DNA of 64,000 bases from a virus. Of this stretch, positions 19,012-28,657 are shown piece after piece (the first letter of the stretch is position 1; each line of letters opens with the position of its first letter). Where the stretch lies: IMG/VR virus record IMGVR_UViG_3300044994_000320, positions 23,212 to 87,211 of that record. One strand, given 5' to 3'. The notes under the pieces were generated by a model. That model saw only the letters and a program-made list of their open reading frames with translations, did no database searches and was not told the DNA's origin. A program made the position numbers and the translations under genes.

Positions 19012-19640
19012 TTCAATTCATTATCGGAGAAGTCGAAGCGCTTTTACGCGACGCTCTCGGTAATTTTCTTACATCAAAAGACGAAGGCTTGGGTGTGCGC
19101 TCCCTCGATGTAAATTTACGTTCAAGGGCTTTACCCGCAACGTATCGCGCCGCTTTCGCGTCTCTTGCAACGTACACGGTAAATGCGGGAACAAATGGAG
19201 ACTTAATTACCCTTTTAGGTAGTGCGTCTAAAACAGTCAAGATTCACAAAGTCTTGATTAGTGGTAACGGCTCTACGGCGCAACAAGGTTCAGTTAACCT
19301 TATCCTGCGTTCTACGGCTGATACGGGCGGTACAAGTTCCCCGATCGCCGCCGTACCTTTGGATAGTAGCAATGCCGCAGCAACCGCGGTCGCGCGCTCA
19401 TATACGTCCGCTCCAATACAAGGAACCGCTGTAGGTACACTTGCGTCTATTCGGAAACTTTTCCCATTGGCTAGTTCAGCCACTCTTTCGGGCGATGTTG
19501 CTCTTTTTGACTCTTTTAGAGAGCATGTGCAACCTATTACGTTAAGGGGAAATTCTGAACAGCTTTGCATTAACTTAAGTAATACGTCCGGTAATTTCGC
19601 CCCTACTCTTAGTGGTTTTATCGAATTTACGGAGGAATAA
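19008..19640 (+). CDS. hypothetical virion protein
   Basis: Ala/Thr/Ser-rich beta protein ending FTEE; coupled to neighbours. Confidence 0.65.
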   Translation: MIQFIIGEVEALLRDALGNFLTSKDEGLGVRSLDVNLRSRALPATYRAAFASLATYTVNAGTNGDLITLLGSASKTVKIHKVLISGNGSTAQQGSVNLILRSTADTGGTSSPIAAVPLDSSNAAATAVARSYTSAPIQGTAVGTLASIRKLFPLASSATLSGDVALFDSFREHVQPITLRGNSEQLCINLSNTSGNFAPTLSGFIEFTEE

Positions 19641-20257
19641 TGATAGAGATTTCAAAATCTTGGTCTCAGCTAAAAAATATCCTTACGTACAATAACTTAT
19701 ATTTTGATTTTGACGACTCTGATGATGGTTCTCGTCGAGTAATCTACTGTCAAAGAAATGCTTATATTGTTTACGTTTGTGGCATGGACTTAGTTGAAAA
19801 CCCGGCTCAAGGTTCAGATCAATTTGATTTTGAGCAAAATTGGATGGCAAAAGCTGGAGAAAAAAAGTATATCTATTATTCTAAAGCTTTTGATGTGGTT
19901 CTCACAGATGGGTTATTTATAGCCGATTTCAAATTAAAAGCAAACGATGAAACCACCGATGTAGAGGCCTTTTTGTACCAAGGCTCTTTGGACATAGGCG
20001 AAGGCGCAGTTCGAGGCGATTCTATCGAAGTCCAGGTTATTGACCTCGACAATGTACTGGGTCATGGCTACGGTACCGTGTTGGGTTGGGTTGTTCGAAA
20101 AAAGATTCTTTCAGGGGCGCAGTTTGTGCGTATACGCCCACCACAGTACGACTTTCTTTCAAGTAAAAGAAAGCTTCCACAGGGAGTGTACCTGAGACTT
20201 CGATATATTGGACAAGGTGAACCGAGCATAATTGCCGATTACGAATACGAATACTGA
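19640..20257 (+). CDS. hypothetical protein
   Basis: TAATG overlap with previous gene; 205 aa. Confidence 0.65.
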   Translation: MIEISKSWSQLKNILTYNNLYFDFDDSDDGSRRVIYCQRNAYIVYVCGMDLVENPAQGSDQFDFEQNWMAKAGEKKYIYYSKAFDVVLTDGLFIADFKLKANDETTDVEAFLYQGSLDIGEGAVRGDSIEVQVIDLDNVLGHGYGTVLGWVVRKKILSGAQFVRIRPPQYDFLSSKRKLPQGVYLRLRYIGQGEPSIIADYEYEY

Positions 20258-20265
20258 GGTAACAC

Positions 20266-20799
20266 ATGGAAACGCACAGTTTAATCGTGATTCCTTTTCA
20301 ACTGATCTTTTCAATTTTCCTTGTTCGCGCCGTTTTTAGTCGCGTAGATTGTGTTACTTATGTTTTGATCTGTATTGCGCTCGCTGTCGATTTTATCGGC
20401 ATGTTTATTCCAGACTTTTTGCCTCTATCTTCTTTTTTGCTTATCTTCGCTTTTTTACGCTATTACGATAAAGGAAACTGGGCAAAAGTTTATGCTCTTG
20501 GGTTTAACTTTTTTATGTACCTTATTTACTCAAAGATTCCTATGGGGGCATATTTCGTCACCGCTGTAAATTACTATGTCGCTTACACAGTTATGCAATC
20601 TACAGAAGAGAATGAGATTTTCATTAAGAACATCCTCTATTACGCAAGCTTAAGACATCTTTCGATTGTTGCCGGGTACTGGCTTGCTTCGAAAATAATG
20701 TTCGCTTACGTTGCAGAGTTTTTTTCTGTTGTAGTCGTATATTACATGATCCGCGCGATCATGTATTACAAGAGGCAAAATGGCGATAAAAAAGAATAA
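20266..20799 (+). CDS. multi-pass membrane protein
   Basis: About six hydrophobic segments; GAGG SD. Confidence 0.7.
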   Translation: METHSLIVIPFQLIFSIFLVRAVFSRVDCVTYVLICIALAVDFIGMFIPDFLPLSSFLLIFAFLRYYDKGNWAKVYALGFNFFMYLIYSKIPMGAYFVTAVNYYVAYTVMQSTEENEIFIKNILYYASLRHLSIVAGYWLASKIMFAYVAEFFSVVVVYYMIRAIMYYKRQNGDKKE

Positions 20800-20995
20800 C
20801 GCATACGATCTTCTTGCATATCGTGTTGATCAACTCGAAGAAAAAGACAAAATTCACGAAGAGTTTATTGAAAAAATTCGCGAAGAACAAAACGCAATTA
20901 AGATTGAAGTTATGCGTATGGCTACTAAGATAGCCGTTGTAGGGAGTCTTTTAGGCTCTATCGGTACGTATATGCTACAAAAATTCTGGAAGTAA
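20780..20995 (+). CDS. coiled-coil plus C-terminal TM protein (XhlA/holin-like)
   Basis: RVDQLEE coiled coil followed by IAVVGSLLGSIGTYML TM. Confidence 0.55.
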   Translation: MAIKKNNAYDLLAYRVDQLEEKDKIHEEFIEKIREEQNAIKIEVMRMATKIAVVGSLLGSIGTYMLQKFWK

Positions 20996-20998
20996 CCC

Positions 20999-21832
20999 AT
21001 GAAAGTATGTTTAATCCTCTCCGGCGGAGGTTCAAACGGTATCGTTCAGGTAGGCTACTGTAAGTATTTCGCCGAAAAAAACGTTCAATTTGAAGTTATT
21101 ACCGGCACGTCTACGGGAGCTTTACAAGGCGCAATGTACGCACAAAATCGATTCGACGAGCTAATGAAAATCTGGTACTCCATAGGTAGCCACAAGGACA
21201 TCTACAGGCACCATTTTCCGTTCTCATTTTTGCAAGGTATTTTTAAGAAGTCTTTGTACTCCGCTGCGCCGCTAAGAAATAAAATCGACGCTTTTGTTGA
21301 TGTAGATGTTTTGATCAAATCGCGCCAAAGATTCATTTCGTGTTCTACGAATATCACTACTCAGAAAGTGCATTACGTGGAGTCCACTGAAGACAACCGC
21401 CATCTGATTAAAGATTTCATCTATGCCTCTGCTGCTTTTCCCCTTGCTTTTGAGCCAGTACAAAAAAACGGAGAGTATTTTTGGGATGGCGGGTTGGTAG
21501 AGCCTATACCAGTTAAACGCGCAGTAGAGGCGTGCCCAGATGCGGATCTTTATATCATCGGTCTAACCAACCCGGTGTACGAAGTACCCAAAAAAGATTT
21601 CGGCAAAACCATTTTAGGTTTTACCTTTCGAGCTATAGAAAGCATGTTTCAAGAAATCTGGGAAAACGACATCGAAAAAGGTCAGAAGTATTGGGTAGAT
21701 TCTAAGTTTGTTCTACTCTCGCCAGACTATCCGCCGTTTCCATCTTCACTTGAATGGTATCCTAACATGTACGATGATAAAATCGCTCTTGGGTATAACA
21801 TCGCGCGAAATGTGCTCCAAGGAGTTTTATGA
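20999..21832 (+). CDS. patatin-like phospholipase
   Basis: GGGSNG oxyanion loop, GTSTG nucleophile elbow, ASAAFP, catalytic DGG. Confidence 0.92.
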   Translation: MKVCLILSGGGSNGIVQVGYCKYFAEKNVQFEVITGTSTGALQGAMYAQNRFDELMKIWYSIGSHKDIYRHHFPFSFLQGIFKKSLYSAAPLRNKIDAFVDVDVLIKSRQRFISCSTNITTQKVHYVESTEDNRHLIKDFIYASAAFPLAFEPVQKNGEYFWDGGLVEPIPVKRAVEACPDADLYIIGLTNPVYEVPKKDFGKTILGFTFRAIESMFQEIWENDIEKGQKYWVDSKFVLLSPDYPPFPSSLEWYPNMYDDKIALGYNIARNVLQGVL

Positions 21833-22095
21833 GCTTATCAAGTATATGGAATAACCTCAAAGCCATTCCGAAAGCTGTATGGGTATTTTTAGCTGGTGCG
21901 GCCGCAAGTTTAATTTTGTATTTTAAGTTTCGCGGAAAACCTTCTAGTCAAGGCGCTCCAGATCCGAATATTGATAGAGTAGGTATCGACGGTTGGAAGA
22001 AAGCTGAGTCAGATAAGAAAAAGCCTGTGGTAGAAAATCCGCTGACTGAGGAAGAGATAAATGCCGGTGAAAAGCATATTCGCGGTCTTGATTAG
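21829..22095 (+). CDS. small N-terminal TM protein (i-spanin-like)
   Basis: Single TM AVWVFLAGAAASLILYF followed by a charged tail; overlaps next gene. Confidence 0.45.
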   Translation: MSLSSIWNNLKAIPKAVWVFLAGAAASLILYFKFRGKPSSQGAPDPNIDRVGIDGWKKAESDKKKPVVENPLTEEEINAGEKHIRGLD

Positions 22096-22558
22096 TTTTG
22101 TTTCTCTCGACTGTGCTTCTCGGGTAGTGCAAGCCTCTACCTTGCCTTTGTCTGAACCCTCGCCTGTATCTTCGCCTACGTCCGCGAAAATCCAAAGCTG
22201 TCTTTCTTCTGAAGAAAAAACGCGCATTCTTAAAGCCTATGAAATGGCTCGATATTACAAGTATTATGACTCTCTGGTAAAAGGCCAGGACAGTATCGAA
22301 ATTGTCGAGGTAGAAAAACTCGAAGATGTGGTTGTTGCCGATTACGAGTATAGGGCCATCTTTAGGATGGTTTTGCGTATTCGGATTGACGACGCGACAT
22401 TTGACCGGACATTCACCATACCTATATTCTATTCCAGAAAAGAAGCGCCTGACGCCCCAAAAGGGGTATGGGCTAAAGTAAAAGCTGATTTCTGGAAATT
22501 CGGAACAGGATTCGCATTAGGAACTCTCACAGGTATAGGTATTTGTGCAGCAAAATAA
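22061..22558 (+). CDS. putative lipoprotein with C-terminal TM (spanin-like)
   Basis: Signal-like N-terminus ending VSLDC, Pro/Ser linker, C-terminal FGTGFALGTLTGIGICAA TM. Confidence 0.5.
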   Translation: MPVKSIFAVLISFVSLDCASRVVQASTLPLSEPSPVSSPTSAKIQSCLSSEEKTRILKAYEMARYYKYYDSLVKGQDSIEIVEVEKLEDVVVADYEYRAIFRMVLRIRIDDATFDRTFTIPIFYSRKEAPDAPKGVWAKVKADFWKFGTGFALGTLTGIGICAAK

Positions 22559-22570
22559 CGGAGGCCAAAA

Positions 22571-22885
22571 ATGGCAGAAGAAAATGAAAACACAGCGAGT
22601 ACCGGTTCTGAAAAAGAAGGAAACGTCGCAGGTAAAAATCCAGAAAAAAGTGCAGCTCCAAAGATTGAGCCCAAGAAAGGTGCCGTCAAGTCGCTGGACA
22701 AGGACGCAGAAAAACCAGTCGGGTGTCAAATCGGCACCGCAGGAGTCACCGCCGTCATACCCAAAGATGAAAAAAGCCAAAAAGAGTTTCGGTGCAACCA
22801 TTGTGGGAAAACTCTCGGAAATGACTGGCCGCACAAAGTCACAGGAATAGGTCAACCCGCCGGTTGCCCAAAAGCAGTGAAGTAG
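22571..22885 (+). CDS. hypothetical protein with C-terminal Zn-binding-like motif
   Basis: GGAGG SD; disordered N-terminus; CNHC..H..C. Confidence 0.6.
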   Translation: MAEENENTASTGSEKEGNVAGKNPEKSAAPKIEPKKGAVKSLDKDAEKPVGCQIGTAGVTAVIPKDEKSQKEFRCNHCGKTLGNDWPHKVTGIGQPAGCPKAVK

Positions 22886-22889
22886 CGTT

Positions 22890-23957
22890 ATGAAAATCGC
22901 CATACTCAACCGCTCAGAAATAGAAAGCATGGTGCAAGGCGACTCATACCCAGCTTTGCGTGTCCAAGTGCTTCAAGACAACGGTATCGACCCATACCCG
23001 CTTACGGATGGTCACGATCTATTTTTAGTCGTCAATGTTCGCAGCGAAGATGGCGCTATAGGCGCAAACAAGTTCAAAAAACGTTTCATTATCACCAACG
23101 CCGCAAGCGGTCTTGCCGAGTATCGTTGGGCAAACACTCAAACGCTCAAAGATCTTTCCGACGCCGGCAGTTTTGCTTACGACGTGGTACTTCATCTGCC
23201 TGAAACGCCAGCAAAAGTCTACGCCGCACAAAAAGATGCCGCAAATACCGGTGACGATACTTTGAGTGCTTCGGGCGTCTTTATCGGTAATCAAGACACC
23301 GTTTACAACCTCGAAGTTACAACGCAAGGCGTATTTTCGCCAGGTGTAAAGGAAGTGGTTACAATCACCACTATTGCCGATTCCAGTGGAAGTCTCAACA
23401 ACAAGTATTTCTTGTTGAGCGACACTCATTACGTTTGGTTTAACGTAAATGGTGCAGGTGGAGACCCCGCACTTTCCGGTCTTACAGGTATCGAAGTACC
23501 TATCCCTACAGATGCTACAGAAGACGATGTAGCTACCGCGCTTCGTTCTGCTCTCGACACCGCTCTTTCAAACGTAACTGTTACTGGTGCGGCTGATCAG
23601 GTTGTTATCGAATTCGATACTCCAGGTAACGTAGCAGATACCGCAGACTCTGGCGGTAGTACTGCTACCGGATTTACCATCGTAATTACTACTCAAGGTA
23701 ATGCGGTTTTAGGTACGATTCAGGTTACTCCTGTCGGTGCTGAAACAGACGTAACGTATGTTACCCCACAAAAGAATGTGCCATTCGCTATTGGGACAAA
23801 AGGCGTAATTGGGCGCATTACCGAATCAGGTGCTGGGGATGGTATTCTAACCCTTGGCGATAAATGGACAATCCAGGCAAAAGCCAAAGTTCCAGGTTCA
23901 GTGCAGACCCTCACAAAGGAGCCTGAAACTTTTATCGTGCGTGCAAAGTTGGCTTAA
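22890..23957 (+). CDS. virion protein with BppU-like N-terminal domain and nested inserts
   Basis: QGDSYPAL...GLAEYRW...DAGSF is BppU-like; inner part resembles the sheath insertion domain. Confidence 0.6.
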   Translation: MKIAILNRSEIESMVQGDSYPALRVQVLQDNGIDPYPLTDGHDLFLVVNVRSEDGAIGANKFKKRFIITNAASGLAEYRWANTQTLKDLSDAGSFAYDVVLHLPETPAKVYAAQKDAANTGDDTLSASGVFIGNQDTVYNLEVTTQGVFSPGVKEVVTITTIADSSGSLNNKYFLLSDTHYVWFNVNGAGGDPALSGLTGIEVPIPTDATEDDVATALRSALDTALSNVTVTGAADQVVIEFDTPGNVADTADSGGSTATGFTIVITTQGNAVLGTIQVTPVGAETDVTYVTPQKNVPFAIGTKGVIGRITESGAGDGILTLGDKWTIQAKAKVPGSVQTLTKEPETFIVRAKLA

Positions 23958-23958
23958 A

Positions 23959-24126
23959 ATGAAGTCTATTTTGAAAGCAAAGGCTTTGAAAAAAAAGAAA
24001 GTGGCGAAAGTTATGCGTGAGTGGAAAGAAGGCAAGCTTCGTAGCGGTCATAAAGGCCCTCTTGTAAAATCTCGTAAGCAGGCCATCGCCATCGCGCTTT
24101 CCGAAGCAAGAAAGCAAGATGCCTAA
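23959..24126 (+). CDS. small basic protein, DUF6496-like
   Basis: KVAKVMREWKEGKLRSG..VKSRKQAIAIALSEARK matches the DUF6496 pattern; start moved to ATG 23959. Confidence 0.75.
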   Translation: MKSILKAKALKKKKVAKVMREWKEGKLRSGHKGPLVKSRKQAIAIALSEARKQDA

Positions 24127-24901
24127 CGAACTAAAAAAAGAAATCTTTTTTCTCATTGAAGTCCCGGATGTGTCCGACCCTATCATAAAAGCTGACGGAG
24201 ACGTTATTGCGCAAGAAAAAGATGTCGATGGACGTATTGAAAAGAAATCTTTCGATATAAAGTACATAGTGCTTTATGAATCCGATTCTCGCGAAGGCAC
24301 GTATAAAAAAATCGACAAATTTCGAGCTGTTCAAGGCGTTAAGAAATACGGCACGCGAGAGTACACTGACCCGAGCCACTGGTTTAAGTTCCGTTTTCAA
24401 TCGTCTACGCTCGTAGAGTCGCAGTTTTCTGACCCTATTTTGCCTGACGACATTGATTCGCTCATCCTCGCTATCCGAAATGACGTTTTCGATAATCGAG
24501 AGAAAAAAGTCCACGATGACGATTACTATTTGCGTAAATTACGCACAGCCGCATTTCGGCACGGCAAATACACCAATTTTAGCGAAATCCCTGATCACGA
24601 ATTGGATTTAGTGCTTATGCTCGCAAAGTCGAGTATATGTCGCGATTTAGCGCAAGCGTCTGCCAAGTTTCATTCTCTTACCTTACCCGGCGGCTTGACC
24701 CTACAAAAAGGTGAAATTATGCGGCACTATCTCGATCTTGCTGAGTCGTATGATAAAGGCTATAGAATGGCTATGGACAACATCGATACAGCAACGAGTG
24801 AAGGTGGAATCCACTCAGTAAAAATTCGCAGAAAAGACCTCTACTCAAATTCAGACATAAGCCCTTCTCGAATAAGAAGAAAATTGGACAGGATGATGTA
24901 G
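24119..24901 (+). CDS. putative head-tail adaptor
   Basis: Helical C-terminal half typical of adaptors; first gene of the neck block. Confidence 0.5.
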   Translation: MPNELKKEIFFLIEVPDVSDPIIKADGDVIAQEKDVDGRIEKKSFDIKYIVLYESDSREGTYKKIDKFRAVQGVKKYGTREYTDPSHWFKFRFQSSTLVESQFSDPILPDDIDSLILAIRNDVFDNREKKVHDDDYYLRKLRTAAFRHGKYTNFSEIPDHELDLVLMLAKSSICRDLAQASAKFHSLTLPGGLTLQKGEIMRHYLDLAESYDKGYRMAMDNIDTATSEGGIHSVKIRRKDLYSNSDISPSRIRRKLDRMM

Positions 24902-24909
24902 GTAGATAA

Positions 24910-25569
24910 ATGCCGGTAACTGGCGAAGAATATCAAGACCTATACGATACCGTTCGAGAAGCTATCGAATCGGTCTCCGGCTTAGAAGGTAAAGAACTGC
25001 CCGTACAATGGAAAAAATTTCGCCCGAGTAAATACGATAAGACTTTCAATTCCGATGCTAAAAGAGAGTATGAAAGCCCTGTACCTCTCGTGGCCTTTTT
25101 TCTACCTACAAAAGCCGTCGACCTATTTACGAACAGCCCACAATCTATCGTTACGGCAGACATGCTTGTTTTAGTGGCTGCTTCCGAGATTGAACGCATT
25201 GGTGGAGTTTCTGAAAAAGACCAGGCTATCATTGAAGGTCACGTTTACAACGTCGGTTCTGCTAACCCCGTAATTTATGGGGGGCCGTTGTGCACGCTTT
25301 TTTATATGAACAAGGCACCACTTCTCGATCAAAAAAAAGAAGTTCGCGATAAGTACGTCAAACCACCAGAAGCCCCGACCGCTAAGACCGCTCAATTAAA
25401 ATCTAAGGTAAAGTCAGGTGTAGAGCCTATTGTTTCCCATAAAAGAGAGCCTGAAATAAATCCCAACGTCAGTCAGCCAGTCCCGGTTACGCCAGCAGCT
25501 TTTCCGAAAGAAGAGTACGCTACTCCGCCAAAAGAGGATTTTACGGATGTCTTTGAAAATCACAGTTAA
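24910..25569 (+). CDS. putative head closure / stopper protein
   Basis: Position; KDQAIIEGHVYNV stopper-like beta motif. Confidence 0.45.
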   Translation: MPVTGEEYQDLYDTVREAIESVSGLEGKELPVQWKKFRPSKYDKTFNSDAKREYESPVPLVAFFLPTKAVDLFTNSPQSIVTADMLVLVAASEIERIGGVSEKDQAIIEGHVYNVGSANPVIYGGPLCTLFYMNKAPLLDQKKEVRDKYVKPPEAPTAKTAQLKSKVKSGVEPIVSHKREPEINPNVSQPVPVTPAAFPKEEYATPPKEDFTDVFENHS

Positions 25570-26041
25570 TGAAGAGTCCGGCAAAATTACTGCTTATATT
25601 ACTGGTAAGAAATCGTTACTCAAGAAAATTCCGCGGTCTGATTTTATTCGTGCCCTAAACGCTTTTCCAAAGATCGTTCGACGCCATATAGATCGACAAG
25701 ACCTAAAAGTTCCAAAGTTAGCTGCATCTACCATTCGTAGAAAAAAAGGCGAAACTCGTGTGTACTATGAAACCGGGGAGCTCTACCGGGACATCGGTGT
25801 GCATAAGTATAGTTCTGACGCAGGCCAAGTTTTAGGGGCATGGGCCGGCTGGGATGCAAAAAAAGTCCACAAGCCATCGAATACCACTTATGGCGTTCTA
25901 TTAAAGCGTTTGATGTACGGTTGGGGAGATGTTCCAGGTAGAGACCTAATTACGCCTTCAATAAAAGAGTGGAAAAAGCGAATTTGGAACCCATATATGG
26001 CTAAGATGAAACGCGATTTTCATAAAACGGGGACGGTGTAA
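25547..26041 (+). CDS. putative neck / tail completion protein
   Basis: Basic; LAASTIRRK..ETGEL..YG..VPGR resembles virion morphogenesis (neck-1) family. Confidence 0.6.
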   Translation: MSLKITVNEESGKITAYITGKKSLLKKIPRSDFIRALNAFPKIVRRHIDRQDLKVPKLAASTIRRKKGETRVYYETGELYRDIGVHKYSSDAGQVLGAWAGWDAKKVHKPSNTTYGVLLKRLMYGWGDVPGRDLITPSIKEWKKRIWNPYMAKMKRDFHKTGTV

Positions 26042-26044
26042 CCC

Positions 26045-26731
26045 ATGGCCGATTTTAATGACATTGACTCTTTTTTTAAGAATAAGTTTTTCGCCGCGGA
26101 AGATTTCAAAATTTCGCTCAACGTAGACGGAGTATTAACTTGGGTACGTCCTACGGTCATAGCCAACGCGCTGGTAAAAGACTTTAACGAAGCTACTTAT
26201 GATCCTGAAATTCGTATTCGCCACGAAAATGCCTATATCCACGAGTATTCAGATGATCTTAAGCAAGTTGCTCGAATACCCCAAAAAAGCGACGTTAAAA
26301 AGATAGATATAATTACACGAGAAATTATACCCGTGCAGTGCACTACAATCATAGAACACTTGACGAAAGACCCAATAGTGGATAATTGGTTAGCTACGGA
26401 GTTTTTGAAAAGGCTTAAAAGAGTAAGCGAGTTTCGAGTGTCTGAAAAATCCGGTAAAAAAGATGACTGGATTGTAATGATGCTCGATGACATTGTAGAA
26501 TTGAACAATGACAAAACATATAGACGTGCATACCGCTACAAAACAGAGTTCAGCATCGTTACGACTTCTAAAAGAGAAGCTACTAGAGCCAGATCGATTA
26601 AGATTAAAGTGGGGCCTATACCAGAGACTGCGCGAGGCGCAGGTGCAAATTCGGCCAAAATCGTTAGCGATGATGGCTCGATTCTTGACTCAAGTAGGCT
26701 TACACCTGTCGATATCGATATTAAACTCTAA
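26045..26731 (+). CDS. putative tail terminator
   Basis: Directly upstream of sheath. Confidence 0.45.
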   Translation: MADFNDIDSFFKNKFFAAEDFKISLNVDGVLTWVRPTVIANALVKDFNEATYDPEIRIRHENAYIHEYSDDLKQVARIPQKSDVKKIDIITREIIPVQCTTIIEHLTKDPIVDNWLATEFLKRLKRVSEFRVSEKSGKKDDWIVMMLDDIVELNNDKTYRRAYRYKTEFSIVTTSKREATRARSIKIKVGPIPETARGAGANSAKIVSDDGSILDSSRLTPVDIDIKL

Positions 26732-26743
26732 CAGGAGGAAGGT

Positions 26744-28645
26744 ATGCCAATTTCGACTTTGAACCAAAGTCCCGGCGTGCTTTTAGAAGAAGTTCCTGCA
26801 GATGCGGTGGCGCCAGTCCTCGTATCTACCGGTGTTGGCGCAATGCTTTGCGTCACGGAAAAGGGGCCAATCGAAGCACGACAAGTAACCTCTTTCGGAG
26901 AATGGAAGAGGCTTTATGGCAGACAACTTCAAGATTTGGATTCAAACGCCAATCTTAAGTATTCTGCAAACCAGCAAGCCAAGAATTTTTTTCGCAACGG
27001 CGGAAGAGTTCTATGGACTAAGCGCGTCGTTCACTATACAGACATTACCGACGCAGCAACGATTACGGCTAAAAAATCCGCGGTTATTCTGCGCGACGGC
27101 GATGTAGCAGTTCCGGCTACAATCGGCGCCTCTGTTCAAAGCGTAGGCACTGGAACAGCGCACGTATCCAGTGGCACTTACACAGGGTTGTTTGATGCAA
27201 CTTATGTGATTACGTGCTTGACCGGCGGTTTGCTTAACGGTAGCGCAGCTACATTTCAAGTTTCGGCTATTGGGGGCGATGAACACGGAATTATTAGTTC
27301 TACAGTTACCCCAACAACCGGTGTTGCTTTTGCTGTCGGCACTAAAGGTGTCATGCTTACACTTACAAATGCTGGATCAGTATCGGTCGGTGACACTTTC
27401 AAGATTTCGGTAACCGCAAAAGGTAACCCAGTCCTTAAGGTAGAAGCTCGCTGGCATGGAGCATACGCTAACACAGACTTTGTTAACAACAAAGGCTTAG
27501 CTGTCTCTGTTTCCGCAGGCGCTATCAGTGGAACATACAAAATTACCGAATGGGTCGATGGGGTAGTTGGACGAACTTTCGACAATTTGCAAAATCAGCG
27601 CACTGACACTCTCGGAAATTTGCGCGCGGATTTCGCCGAGCTCGAAATAAACTCGCCAAGTGGGTCAGAAGAAATTCGAGTATCAGTTTTAGGGCCCACA
27701 AACCCTGTAACAGGTTTTGCAACCCCTATTCCGCTTGTTTCCGGTGACGACGGTCTCGTAGGACTCTCAAATTCAGATTATACTGGTGATTCTGATGCTG
27801 AGACAGGTATTCACGGATATAACACTGTGAAAGAAATCCTCGTTTTAGGATGCCCAGATAAAGAAAACGATATTACAGTCGTAAATGAACTTATCGCATG
27901 GGTCGAACGGTATCACCCCCGTAGCCACCTTGTGCACTCACTTCCTTACGACATCGGTTTTGATGGCGCGAAGGTGTATATGCCTATAACTTTGGCAAAG
28001 GACTCTTCTCGTTACTCCGCGTACTACCCATGGATTAAGACCGATGGAAACTGGGTTTCGCCTACTATGGCTATCGCTGGCCTATACATGGTCAACGACG
28101 CATTACCGCAGCGTGGTGTATGGTCATCCCCAGCAGGGACAGATTTGTCGTTTACTGGCGTAGAAGACATCGAAGTACGTATCGGCGATACTAAAGGCGG
28201 AGTGCTCAACGAAAACCGAGTAAATGTTTTGCGAATTATGCCAAATGCTGGACTCGTTATTTGGGGTAGTCGTACAGGTACGGTTTCACAACAAAAGTAC
28301 TTCCGGTTCATCGGCTCACGACGTAACACTAACTATGTCGCTATGTCTCTTGAAAAGTCGTCCGCTTTCGCTGCCCACCACGATACCGGCCCGGATTTGT
28401 GGAGAAAATTGACAAATACGTTCGAGTCTTTTTTATTCCGGCATTGGCGAGCAGGCGGTTTTAGAGGGCAGAGCAAGTCAGAAGCGTACTTCGTAAAAGT
28501 CGATGGTGAGATTAACCCACCGTCTAACGAAGAACAAGGCATTACGCGCAGCCAGGTCGGTATTTGGAATAAGAAAACAAACGAGTTCCTGATTATCGAA
28601 CTTTCGCAACTCGGTGGTGAAACCTCCGTAAGCGAAGGCGTGTAA
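26744..28645 (+). CDS. tail sheath protein
   Basis: SPGVLLEE, GPIE..VTSFGEW..YG, YYPWI, GVWSSPAG, WGSRT, YFVKVD sheath motifs. Confidence 0.95.
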   Translation: MPISTLNQSPGVLLEEVPADAVAPVLVSTGVGAMLCVTEKGPIEARQVTSFGEWKRLYGRQLQDLDSNANLKYSANQQAKNFFRNGGRVLWTKRVVHYTDITDAATITAKKSAVILRDGDVAVPATIGASVQSVGTGTAHVSSGTYTGLFDATYVITCLTGGLLNGSAATFQVSAIGGDEHGIISSTVTPTTGVAFAVGTKGVMLTLTNAGSVSVGDTFKISVTAKGNPVLKVEARWHGAYANTDFVNNKGLAVSVSAGAISGTYKITEWVDGVVGRTFDNLQNQRTDTLGNLRADFAELEINSPSGSEEIRVSVLGPTNPVTGFATPIPLVSGDDGLVGLSNSDYTGDSDAETGIHGYNTVKEILVLGCPDKENDITVVNELIAWVERYHPRSHLVHSLPYDIGFDGAKVYMPITLAKDSSRYSAYYPWIKTDGNWVSPTMAIAGLYMVNDALPQRGVWSSPAGTDLSFTGVEDIEVRIGDTKGGVLNENRVNVLRIMPNAGLVIWGSRTGTVSQQKYFRFIGSRRNTNYVAMSLEKSSAFAAHHDTGPDLWRKLTNTFESFLFRHWRAGGFRGQSKSEAYFVKVDGEINPPSNEEQGITRSQVGIWNKKTNEFLIIELSQLGGETSVSEGV

Positions 28646-28657
28646 GGAGGTAGGTAC

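Noticed and set aside
20999-21832. CBASS CapV-type defence system
   Set aside because: No CD-NTase or other CBASS genes nearby; context is late and lysis genes
22545-22850. Alternative + frame ORF overlapping 22571-22885
   Set aside because: 22571 has the GGAGG SD and fits between neighbours; this frame does not
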